NCBI GenBank assembly: GCA_977017575.1
Contig: CDRNVI010000015.1
Coordinates: 124,001 to 188,000 of the forward strand
Direction: 5' to 3'
Origin: Paramoeba atlantica
Taxonomy: Eukaryota; Protista; Discosea
DNA: 64,000 nucleotides
Shown: piece after piece, positions 51,723 through 61,081 of the stretch
Layout: each line of letters starts with the position of its first letter
How positions within the stretch are numbered: position 1 is the stretch's first letter
Program-made: the position numbers and the translations under genes
The notes under the pieces: generated by a model
Databases searched by the model: none
What the model saw: the letters and a program-made list of their open reading frames with translations, nothing else
Told to the model about the DNA's origin: nothing

Positions 51723-54287
51723 ATGTTCGTATCTCTAATGTATAGAACATATAGAAAAAGCGTTCAAACTCGCCTTGACGATAAAATAGATCTGATTTCT
51801 TTGTTCGAATCTAAAGCAAAACTTCGGAACTTTGAGCAGGTGTCTACTCGAAACGTTAAGCCTGGTACTGAAGATTGCGCCGCGCCTAACGCACAACAGG
51901 CTTTTGAACACATCAGGAAGGAGTTTAGCGTGAGAAACGACCAAAATAATGCGCCGTTTTGCGGTAAGACGCTGCGAATTGCAAGGGAATCTTGTCTCAA
52001 GGCCGTAGGAGAGTGTACTAACAATGCTGTGGAAAGACAATATCACAACACGTCAAAAAGTAGAAAAATGTCTGATATGTTCGTACATTCTAGCGATGCC
52101 AAGATGGGTAGTACAACGCCATGTACCAGCAGTTCTAATATGGAGAAGGCTTTTGCAATTCGTGATAATGTAAATGGAAAGATATTGAATTCGCAAACTG
52201 TGCAACACACTGTGTCTGAAAAAAGGTTTTCAAAAGAACTGACTGAGGTTTTTTTTACTGTGAAAAGGAATGTTGAAAAGCAAAATAGTGTCCGCGAGTA
52301 CAATGTTATACTACTTAACTGCCTAAAGAATCACATAATGCCTGCGCAACAAACTTTACTTGAACGATCAGTGAAGAAAGCGCGTACTTTGTATTCAAAG
52401 AACAAAGAAGAAAAGGTATTGAATCTATTACCTGAGGCTGAGTGGCGTTCAATCAAGAGTCTTCCGAATGACCATACATTAGATTTAGAAACGGGTCGCT
52501 TATGCAATATCTCCCGCTCTTTTCAAAGGACTCGTTCAACGTGTCAGAGGACCGAAGTAGCAGATGTTCAAATTAACGAAATTACTAGCAACGGAAAAAT
52601 AGTATTTTCGCCTTCTAATGATGATAATCGAAGTGTGGTACCGGTTAGTGAGAACCATCGATATCTCTTATGCGTCTTACATAGTACGGGCAAAGGTACT
52701 ACGCAAGCCATAGAAACGTTGTCCAGCGTTTTCCGGATTTCAAAAGAGCGGTTTTCGACTACACAGCTTCACGAACGTAATATTGTTTTCTCGCAGCTAA
52801 TTTCTATTGAATTTAAGCAACCCGCTGATAAATTCGTCACACTTGTGAAACGTATCAATAACTCACAAGCTCACCTAATAAGGCTTTGTCCTTTTTCTTG
52901 GGAAAAAAACAAACTGCAGGTCGGAAATTTAAAAGGAAATTATTACTCACTGCTTCTTCGCCATTTCAAGGACAGGACATCAACTCTGGAGCGTCATGTT
53001 TCAACCTTGGGCTCAAATGGATTTATTAACTATTTTAGTCAGCGTCGATTTGGGTTTTGTTCCTTTGGAAACCATCTAATTGGTCTTTGTATAGCACGGA
53101 AGGACTTTGAGACGGCTTTAACAATGATAGTGCAAAATGAAGCCGAGCGTATTGGAACGACAGATATTCAGTCGATATTTTCTCGTCATCCATGGGTGCA
53201 ACAGTTTACCTCTGTCCTATGTGACAAAAAAGAGGGTGAAAATATTCTGGAATCAGTTTATCATAGTCTTCCGATTTCGGAACGAATGTTACATTTTACG
53301 GCACTTAGGAGTTATCTGTGGAATTTACTGGCATCTTGCCGATACAGCGCTGCGTTGGGTGACTCTACAAGTGCCTGTGTAGGTGACCTCATTGGTGGCG
53401 ACAGCCCTGGGATGAGCGCCGTTTCGTGGGAAAATGTCGATTCTGAAACACCTACTCTAAACAACCACGACAATGTCCATAATCTCCTAGCTCAGCGGTT
53501 TCCCAGAGACACAGTGAATTCTAAACTTATTACAGAAGTGGATTCTCAAGATCTGGCCACGGCCACCAGTATTGAGCAAGTTCTAGTGGCAATACCGTTG
53601 AACCCATCCTCACCTTGTTGCTCCCTTGAAAAAGAAATATGCAAATCCTTACATATCCGTAAAGGTAATCTTTTACGAAATTTTGGTCTTACTGAAATAT
53701 TGCGTTCCAAAGGTTGCAATGCAGAATATCGCTACATGATAGCTCGTCCACGAAAATATAGTATCTTTGTAATACCGGAAAGTGAAAAATTAGAGTCAAG
53801 TATCCGATTGCGCTCCGATCAAAATATCGCATTCACGTCCGAACCACTGCTGTCGCGTACAGAACTCGCCGGTTCACTTCTATCCCTTCGTTTATTTTCT
53901 TCATGTTGGCGGGCAGCAAGAGCGAAGACAACACTTTACGGTTCGTATGCCAGAAGAGGAACTCGAGCTGCAGCTATTGGTTTCATGTTACCTTATCCAG
54001 CTATGTGCTCTTCCGCCCTTCGAGAAGTCGTCCGTTTTAAGCGACAAGTACAAAGTTGGCCAGTACGTGGTGCAGAAGGTGATCACGATGAACCGGCGCA
54101 CAGGCCCGTTCGGTTGCGGGAGGTTGCTAATCTTGACCAACAAGAAGACGTACGCCACGAAGGTGACTACTTGAAGATAGGGTTTCATAGAAAGAGTTTA
54201 AGAAATGCTACAAATCAAAAGCTTACGGGGACACATCGAGATAAGCTGAAGAAAAAGTTTGAATGGGATGTTGACAAATTGAGTTGA
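51723..54287 (+). CDS. TruD/Pus7-family pseudouridine synthase homolog, apparently catalytically degenerate
   Basis: LQVGNLKGNYYSLLLR, GFINYFSQRRFG, LRSYLWN; the GTKD motif position reads QLHE. Confidence 0.8.
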   Translation: MFVSLMYRTYRKSVQTRLDDKIDLISLFESKAKLRNFEQVSTRNVKPGTEDCAAPNAQQAFEHIRKEFSVRNDQNNAPFCGKTLRIARESCLKAVGECTNNAVERQYHNTSKSRKMSDMFVHSSDAKMGSTTPCTSSSNMEKAFAIRDNVNGKILNSQTVQHTVSEKRFSKELTEVFFTVKRNVEKQNSVREYNVILLNCLKNHIMPAQQTLLERSVKKARTLYSKNKEEKVLNLLPEAEWRSIKSLPNDHTLDLETGRLCNISRSFQRTRSTCQRTEVADVQINEITSNGKIVFSPSNDDNRSVVPVSENHRYLLCVLHSTGKGTTQAIETLSSVFRISKERFSTTQLHERNIVFSQLISIEFKQPADKFVTLVKRINNSQAHLIRLCPFSWEKNKLQVGNLKGNYYSLLLRHFKDRTSTLERHVSTLGSNGFINYFSQRRFGFCSFGNHLIGLCIARKDFETALTMIVQNEAERIGTTDIQSIFSRHPWVQQFTSVLCDKKEGENILESVYHSLPISERMLHFTALRSYLWNLLASCRYSAALGDSTSACVGDLIGGDSPGMSAVSWENVDSETPTLNNHDNVHNLLAQRFPRDTVNSKLITEVDSQDLATATSIEQVLVAIPLNPSSPCCSLEKEICKSLHIRKGNLLRNFGLTEILRSKGCNAEYRYMIARPRKYSIFVIPESEKLESSIRLRSDQNIAFTSEPLLSRTELAGSLLSLRLFSSCWRAARAKTTLYGSYARRGTRAAAIGFMLPYPAMCSSALREVVRFKRQVQSWPVRGAEGDHDEPAHRPVRLREVANLDQQEDVRHEGDYLKIGFHRKSLRNATNQKLTGTHRDKLKKKFEWDVDKLS

Positions 54288-54575
54288 TTTTCCCATATAG
54301 CGGTGAAGCGAGTTGTGTTGTCTTTTATTATAAAAGACCTATACATTATGGGTGGTGAGAATTTATTCCCAGGTTCCCGGGCGAAACGCTTCCTTTATAA
54401 AGTTTACTTTCCAATTTTTACAGATTTTATTTGTCCAATATATTTGCTTCTCCAATTCGAGTACCCCCCACTAATAGTGCCGTTCGGCTAATACCTGGGG
54501 TACGATAAGCGGGGCTCAGCATATCAACTTGATAGTGATAACGATTGACTAGCCGTTATTGTGTACAAGTTAAAT

Positions 54576-56072
54576 ATGCTGTTTAGGAGAAGGCTCTTGC
54601 ATTCAAAAAGTTGTATCTTTGATATCTGTCTCGTGGGAGGTGGTGTAGTTGGCGCAACTTTATTCGCTGCGCTGTCAAGATATCCAGAGTTTCGTAATCT
54701 TCGCGTTTGTATGATTGATGACGGGAACAGAGAGCGCGTTCGTTCTTTTGGTGTCGAAAATTCCGAGTATACTGAACTCCGAACTGTGGCACTTTCACCT
54801 GCTTCAGAGAATGTAATAAATAACGTTTATGGAAAGGCTAAGAGCATCCAAGATTTAGGAAGCAGTTTTAAGGACCATGTTTCACTATTAGACACTCTGC
54901 CGATTTGTCGATATTCGCATCTTACCGTCAGAGACACCGCAAAGAAAGTCATGACTCTCCCTGGAAAAGGTTGTGTGATCGGCATAACTGCTTTACAAAA
55001 CTCCTTATTTAAGGCTATGGAAGAGATTTCCCATACACCGAACGGTTTCTCTAGCATTGGAAAGAAAATACATGACCATGAAAAAGACCAAGTTCGCGAG
55101 AAACCACCAAGCTCTCAAAATCATGATCGCGCAGTTTGGATGAACGGATGTGTAACGCGAGTTGTTCTTCCGTCCGAAACCACAGGCACAGCCACAATAC
55201 TGTACCGATCGAACACCGACAGAGTGCAATGCAAAATTACAACACACAAACGTGATTGTATGAGTGAACGCGAAATTCGGGCAAAATTAGTCGTCGGATG
55301 CGATGGAATTCGTTCGCTTGTAAAAACTGCATTGAGGAATACGGTGGTAATGCTTGACTACAACCAGCGAGCGTGCGTGTTTTCTGTACTGTTGGATTCT
55401 CATGCCGCTAATGCTGAAAGAAATTCGATTTGCTATCAGAATTTTTTGCCCAACGGTTCTATTGTGGGAATGCTGCCTACTGGAAACCATTCGGCAAACA
55501 TTATTTACTCCACCAATACGCTAGAAGCGCGAAACCTAGAAGCCACTGATGGCGAGGCGAAGATTATTGATGTTTTAAATGCGTCACTGTGCGATATTGC
55601 TCCGCGCGACATTCCACGCATAACCGGATTGCAGAAAGATCAGAGTCCGAACCCGTACCACGGACAATACAAAGTTTCCTTTCCTTTGGCAATGATGAAA
55701 GTGTCAAAGCCTTACGGACCCAATGTCCTTTTAGTTGGTGACGCGGCACGTGCAGTGCATCCACTTGCAGGGCAGGGGCTTAATCTTGGCCTGTACGATG
55801 CCGTAGCTTTTCTCAAAGGCCTCGCCGAAACAATATTCGTAGGCGGTGATCTGAGCAAAGAGGTTGGACCCCGATACACTTCAAATATTAAGTGCTCGTC
55901 TTACGTGATGGAAGCAGCTATTGAAGCGACTCGTATTGGTCTATCTAGTAATAATTTTTGGGTAAAGCACGTGCGTTCTATCGGGATGGAGATGTTTAAT
56001 CATAGTCCACTGTTACAGAGGTCCGTTGTAGCTTTGGCATCTGGAAAGCACAGCAATACTACCCTTTTTTAG
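54576..56072 (+). CDS. COQ6: Ubiquinone biosynthesis FAD monooxygenase COQ6/UbiH
   Basis: DICLVGGGVVG, LVVGCDG, YQNFLPNG, LVGDAARAVHPLAGQGLNLG; ATG at 54576. Confidence 0.92.
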   Translation: MLFRRRLLHSKSCIFDICLVGGGVVGATLFAALSRYPEFRNLRVCMIDDGNRERVRSFGVENSEYTELRTVALSPASENVINNVYGKAKSIQDLGSSFKDHVSLLDTLPICRYSHLTVRDTAKKVMTLPGKGCVIGITALQNSLFKAMEEISHTPNGFSSIGKKIHDHEKDQVREKPPSSQNHDRAVWMNGCVTRVVLPSETTGTATILYRSNTDRVQCKITTHKRDCMSEREIRAKLVVGCDGIRSLVKTALRNTVVMLDYNQRACVFSVLLDSHAANAERNSICYQNFLPNGSIVGMLPTGNHSANIIYSTNTLEARNLEATDGEAKIIDVLNASLCDIAPRDIPRITGLQKDQSPNPYHGQYKVSFPLAMMKVSKPYGPNVLLVGDAARAVHPLAGQGLNLGLYDAVAFLKGLAETIFVGGDLSKEVGPRYTSNIKCSSYVMEAAIEATRIGLSSNNFWVKHVRSIGMEMFNHSPLLQRSVVALASGKHSNTTLF

Positions 56073-56844
56073 CAAGTGTTCCTCTGATATTAGTAGTTCA
56101 TCTATAGTATGGATACGGGACTGCGTTAGTCTCCTCAAACTACACATCCATCTGTACGATTAGTCCCAGCTAAACGTTTCATGATAATTTTTTGAACTAG
56201 TTAGAGAAGTTATTCATTGTCATGCGCATCAGTGTGTATATTCACTATGCGTCCCCAGCATGTGCCGTATTGCAATGTCTCCCTACTTGAATGTTCGTCT
56301 GTTTTGTACCTTTAGCCTCTCAAATAGGAGGTCAAATAAAAATCAAAATTCTTCAAAGCACACTCAAAATAGTAGATATTCTGAAGTACATAGTAGGCAC
56401 AGTATCCTGACATTATAGAGGGGGGGCAACGCGTCTGTGGTGATTGGCAGAATATGGCAGAATTCGAAAGTGAACCGCAAAAAAATTTCGACGCCGCTGC
56501 GCGGCGCCTATGTTTTTCCCCCTTATGTGTTGTATTCTTAGCGCGTGGCGTATGGACAGAATTCGTGGTGGTGCTAAAGCTGCAAAATGACTCATTTGGT
56601 AAATGTTTTACGTAAAAAATTCACTATCCTTAATTGTTTTCTTCTAATACTTACAAAAATCGTTTTTTGTAGAATTTTAAATCCTTTTATTTCACCTTAA
56701 AAACGTGTAGCATTGATAGAATTTTACGTACTTGAGATCAAAAACCTTTTCATAATACTCGATATACCACGTTATCGATTGAAGGCACTGAAGTATCAAC
56801 TTGGCGACACCCGCTTCGCGCAACACAAGCATGAACAAACGGTG

Positions 56845-57230
56845 AAAGTGAAGCATTATTTCACATAAAAAATATTTTGTTTTTGTAAATTTTTTTATGT
56901 GCTCTAACTGTTGCCTTATTATATTTTCCGTGCATTGAAAGTGTTTTTCTGACATTTTTTTGCATACAGCTGCAGTTTTTCGCCGTGTCGGTACGCTTGT
57001 TAGTGGGGAAGAAGCGTGAGATAATCGGCTGAAGTTCGCCTGGGAAATTGTGATACTTAAGCTAAAGAGAGGAGAACAGGAACTCCGTCGCCTATTTTAG
57101 CACCTCAAACGGTATTGCGAGAACGTAGTAATCGTTCTTGAACAAGTGCAAGATAGTTAAATTTTTCTTTTTTGCTAGCATAGGGCGATAATAAATGTTT
57201 TGAAAAAAGTGTGAAATAATGCTTCACTTT
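56845..57230. repeat. 21-bp perfect inverted repeat enclosing ~345 bp
   Basis: AAAGTGAAGCATTATTTCACA (56845-65) and its reverse complement (57210-30). Confidence 0.6.
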
Positions 57231-57527
57231 GACCTAACAAACATATTTGCTCATCAGTGCAATTCATATGCGTTGCAATGAATGCTGCAAAGACACCATA
57301 AGCATCCTCGGACCCAATCTAGAAAATAAACGATGCTACCAGAGAGCATGTAAAACCCGTAAATGCGAGGCACTCCGCATCATTCGTAATGGAAAAAATG
57401 GAAATTGGTGAAAAAAACTATTTATGAGGATGCAAGAACATGAATCCAAGAGTGGAAGGTGAAGGCAACAATACAAAAGTAATAAAAAATTTTTACGCAA
57501 AACAATATGCCCACCGAAAGAAATTTT

Positions 57528-57880
57528 GCGGGAGGGGTCATCCCCGGGTAGGGGGGTGGAAAATGCGCGCCAAGACCCCGGCTACTGCTTCTGATGGTTT
57601 TTTTTCGAAAAAAAAATCTCAAAAGAAATTTCGTGCGGTATGCCCCCCCTAGACCCCCTCCCGTAGCCCCCCCCCCCATAGATCCCCCATTTTTTTCAAT
57701 TTTTTTTCAATTTTGGACCACCGGAGCCCCTTTTACATTTTTTTTTATTATATTACTGTGTTCCTTTTTATATTTTTTCTTCTATTATATTACTGTGTTC
57801 CTCTTTATATTTTCCCTGTTTTTGTTCACTTTTTTTCAATAATCGAGGGTATAGCGGTAGTTATACAACCACCGCAATAA
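57528..57880. repeat. Dispersed repeat (copy 2 of the 15868-16177 family)
   Basis: Shared CCCCGGGTAGGGGGGTGGAAAATGCGCGCCAAGACCCCGGCTAC, TTGGACCACCGGAGCCCC and CAACCACCGCAATAA blocks. Confidence 0.88.
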
Positions 57881-57906
57881 GTTGATTTACCTTTATCCAC
57901 TTAAAT

Positions 57907-58342
57907 GAAAAGGAAGACAGAAGAAGAAGACATGGAGGGCTCTGCAGCGCCAACCGTTAGGGTAGAGTCTCAGGTCACCGACCTTCATTGTCTTGCTACC
58001 CCCTTCCCAGGCGGCACTCGACGCCTTGCGGCCCGAGCACGGCTACCCAACCGTAGCTACCAGGACGGGCGTCCAACCCCGTTGCATCGTGTAGGCTGTG
58101 TCTCAAGCCTCCTTTGCGTAAGCATCTCGCAATTTAGCGGCTGTGCTGGAGCCTGGTTCAGCTCGGCGGTTCCGGGTCGGTCCTCCAGGGGAGCGGAGCT
58201 GGGTGTGGGCCTTGAAGGCACTCCTGATCGCTTTCCCTTTGTAGTGAGGCCGCCAGGTTGCGAGTTTTGTCGATAGCGGGAATCGAACCAACAACCTGCA
58301 GGTTGTAAGTCCACCGTCTACGAACTACGCCCGCACCGCTTT
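57907..58342 (-). mobile_element. Candidate tRNA-headed SINE-like element (~435 bp)
   Basis: tRNA-like head, GC-rich body, (TTC)n/T4 tail, flanked by CCACTTAAAT (57897-906) and CCACCTAAAT (58343-52). Confidence 0.55.
58268..58334 (-). pseudogene. Degenerate tRNA-like sequence (TAC at the anticodon position, truncated D arm)
   Basis: Canonical spacing of anticodon loop CT-TAC-AA, 5-nt variable loop and B box GGTTCGATTCC; stems imperfect and acceptor stem not formed. Confidence 0.7.
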
Positions 58343-58387
58343 CCACCTAAATACAATTCCACTTAAATACAATTGCGGTGGTTGCAT

Positions 58388-58419
58388 AACTATAAAGATA
58401 CAGTTTCTGTACCCTGTTG
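58388..58419 (+). other. Spliced-leader (mini-exon)-like sequence
   Basis: AACTATAAAGATACAGTTTCTGTAC contains the conserved kinetoplastid SL core GATACAGTTTCTGTAC; followed by CCTGTTG|GG, with no GT donor. Confidence 0.7.
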
Positions 58420-58696
58420 GGACTTTTTCCTTGGCTCATCCTTTCTTTCCCCGGCAACGGGCATAGTCTTACTGTTTTATATGCCGGCCGGCACTAAGGT
58501 CGGAACTGTCCCTCTTGCCGCTGAAGCAGGGGACGCGCCATCACCCCTTCACCACTTTCCGACTCACTCCCCTGAAGTAAATGTGCTTCCCTCCCTCGGC
58601 TTCTCTTTCTCCCGCGCCTGCCTTTCCGTGGAGGCAATGCGTCACGGTGTCTCCCTTGAGGACTACTAGACGTGTCCTGCGCCGAAGAGACTCTCG

Positions 58697-58862
58697 GCTC
58701 TCTGCACCTGGGGGTCGCCCAGCTCTCTGCACCTCGGCTCTGTCGCAGCTCTCCGCACCCGGATTGCCCCCGAAACAGTAATATGGGGATTACGCATCCG
58801 GCTCTCTGCACCTGCACAAGACAACCGAGCTCTCTGCACCTGGGACCCCAGCTCTCTACACC
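58697..58862. repeat. Six copies of the 12-mer GCTCTCTGCACC
   Basis: At about 58697, 58722, 58748, 58801, 58829 and 58851, with irregular spacers. Confidence 0.85.
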
Positions 58863-59326
58863 CGCACACCTCCGGCGAGGACTCACGTGATGCACCCGTC
58901 GTATGCGGGTAAGGATATTGTGAGAATAATCTCTGCACTACAAGTGCATGATTAAACAAATTCGCTCCAGGCTGCACACTACCGTTCCAGGCTGCACACT
59001 CGCCAAAGCGGAAGCCGGGAAACTCAAAAAATATGGGTAGATGGCAAGCGAGAGAGGAACGGTCCTCTACCCGCTAGCCTTCACGGTCTTCGGAATCCCG
59101 GGGAACGCGACACTCTCCCTTTTGCGGAAGTTGGGCCGGTAAACTTCCAACACAAAAGGCGTTTACAGCGCACATGATCATGGCCACTGGCGTCGCCATC
59201 CAACGCGGCAACGCTCAGATGCTGAGAGCGGCCTCACTGGAGCAGGACGGCGTGGGTAAAGGGGGCTTTGTGGTGACTGGATAGGACCATTTTATCGTTT
59301 ATTTATTTGAGAAACTGTACTACTCC

Positions 59327-59470
59327 AACTAGACCGCTCTACCCTCGATTATTGAAAAAAGGTGAACAAAAACAGTAGAACGTTTTCACTCAAAACATGA
59401 GGATTAATACGTGGTGTACAGTACTATAATAGAAGAAAAACTTATAAAAGGGGGCTCCAGTGGTCCAAAA
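59327..59470. repeat. Partial inverted copy of the dispersed repeat
   Basis: ACCGCTCTACCCTCGATTATTGAAAAAA...AAAGGGGGCTCCAGTGGTCCAAAA is the reverse complement of the 3' part of 57528-57880. Confidence 0.8.
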
Positions 59471-60002
59471 TAGAAAAAGAAATGTCGATACCCTCACAGT
59501 AAGTTCGCTTTCTATATGATGTCAATTTAAACAAGCATATATTCGACATGAAATGAAAACAGTTATTAACACTGATTATAGAAAAAAATGTATAAACGAT
59601 TGTATAGGTATGGGGCGCCATTATTCCATTGTTAAAAATAAGGAAGGCCGAATTAAAGTTTCCTCCTTTTGTAAAATTCTGTAGTGCAACTTGAGAAATT
59701 AAAATTGCTTTTTAAACTTTTGTAGACCCTGAGGTACAATACTTGTCGGTCATATCACATTGCCTAGTGCGCTGCTGAATCGTATCAGGACATTCATGTG
59801 ACCAAGATTTTATGGACATTCACCGAGTTGATAATTTATTTGGATTCCCTTTGACTAAGATTTTATAAATGCTATGTTCAACAGTATTGTTCGAAAGTTT
59901 GTTATTCAGGCTGCCCCCCCTCACGTATCTCGCTAAATGATATAAGCTCGCAGGATACGATTCCTTTTTATTCACGTTTTTTTGAGTCTGTCAAAGGCTT
60001 GC

Positions 60003-60196
60003 AATCCAGGCTAAAGTGGACGGGGGAGATACTAAAGGCAACTTTACAAAGCCACCTCGAAACTGGAACGGTATCACCCGTTAAAGATCCTTTTGTCAGT
60101 TCATAATGCTCTACAAACCGGAAGATACCGTTTCAATTTCGAGGTGGTTTTGCAAAGGTCCCTTTAGTATCTCCCTCGCCCACTTTAGCCTGGATT
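60003..60196. repeat. Palindromic element with ~72-bp arms (MITE-like)
   Basis: AATCCAGGCTAAAGTGG...GGTATC versus GATACC...CCACTTTAGCCTGGATT, about 8 mismatches; no clear TSD. Confidence 0.8.
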
Positions 60197-60265
60197 AAAT
60201 AGCCATCGGAACATGCTCCCTAGGGCTCTTTACAGCTTCCCACGCGAGGAAGTCGTTGTCGCCGC

Positions 60266-60304
60266 GGCAAAAAGGCAGAAGGCGGAGTTTTCTGCCTTTT
60301 TGCC
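60266..60304. other. Perfect 15-bp hairpin
   Basis: GGCAAAAAGGCAGAA / TTCTGCCTTTTTGCC with a 9-nt loop. Confidence 0.7.
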
Positions 60305-60670
60305 TTGCTCCTCCTCCTTCCTCTACGGCCTTGCGTGTCACAAGCTTCCAGGTAAAGTTTGGCCTTTGTAGGTGTATTACCGGCACAGGGTGGAGAAATA
60401 TCGAATGAAACCAAAGAGTATACAGGTATATCAGGCCCTAAACTCTGAAAAAACGTTCTAGGAATTCAGGAGTTCAGGAAAATATATTTTTTCACTTTCA
60501 CCCATAAATTTTCAGTTCTTTTTTTTCAAAATTTCAAAAATTGCTATGGTCACCCTGTTGAGGAGGGGGGGCAGGGGGTACCCATCGGAATTGTTGAAAA
60601 ACTATCTTGTCACTCAATTTGATTCATACATCTTTGTAAATATTTTTTTCAAAAACTCACGTGAAACGAT

Positions 60671-60717
60671 ATCGGGCACGAAATCGGGCCGCAAATCGGG
60701 CATGAAATCGGGCACGA
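60671..60717. repeat. 12-bp tandem repeat x4 (ATCGGGCACGAA)
   Basis: atcgggcacgaa atcgggccgcaa atcgggcatgaa atcgggcacga. Confidence 0.8.
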
Positions 60718-61081
60718 CGAATTAAACTATGGTAGTAAGGGAGTAGTATCTCCCTCAATAAACGTGATGATATAAAAAGGATAATGTACAATCTATTAAT
60801 TTAACTGCATTACAAGATGTTTAACTTGTACTACATACTACGTATGTACAAATATACGTTGTATGGTTGTACGTACCGTAACAACTACAAATATACGCAT
60901 ATTGTATATTAAAATTATTTATTTATTCTTGTCTACAATTTTTTCTGCTCGCCTTCTTCAGTCCATGAACCCTGCCAGGCCCCCTTTGAAAGGGACCCTT
61001 TCATGCTCTAAGCTTTTATAATAAAATGATCGTTGGTACGAATTCTCGGATAAATTCCTTCAATCCTCAGCCTTGTGTAAT

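Noticed and set aside
57956-57963. Telomerase template-like ACCCUAAC on the minus strand
   Set aside because: Only 8 nt, located near the 3' end of the unit, with no recognisable pseudoknot or template boundary; expected by chance.
57907-58260. 7SL, RNase P/MRP or U snRNA identity for the GC-rich body
   Set aside because: Could not find SRP helix-8, a P4 pairing or U2/U4/U6 conserved motifs by eye; an Infernal search is needed to exclude fully.
58375-58386. GCGGTGGTTG(TA) as a universal minicircle sequence (GGGGTTGGTGTA) homolog
   Set aside because: At most 9 of 12 identity for the TA-ending variants, in a G/T-rich motif; no independent support.
59155-59260. HDV-like ribozyme
   Set aside because: A 6-bp P1 and a P3-like stem can be drawn, but the GG needed for P1.1 and a proper J4/2 are missing.
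59310-59319. Inverted second SL fragment (AGAAACTGTA)
   Set aside because: Only a 10-nt match in AT-rich sequence; not distinguishable from chance.
59327-59340. Helitron 3' end (CTAG) on the dispersed repeat
   Set aside because: CTAG occurs in only one of three copies and no TC 5' end or consistent hairpin spacing is seen.
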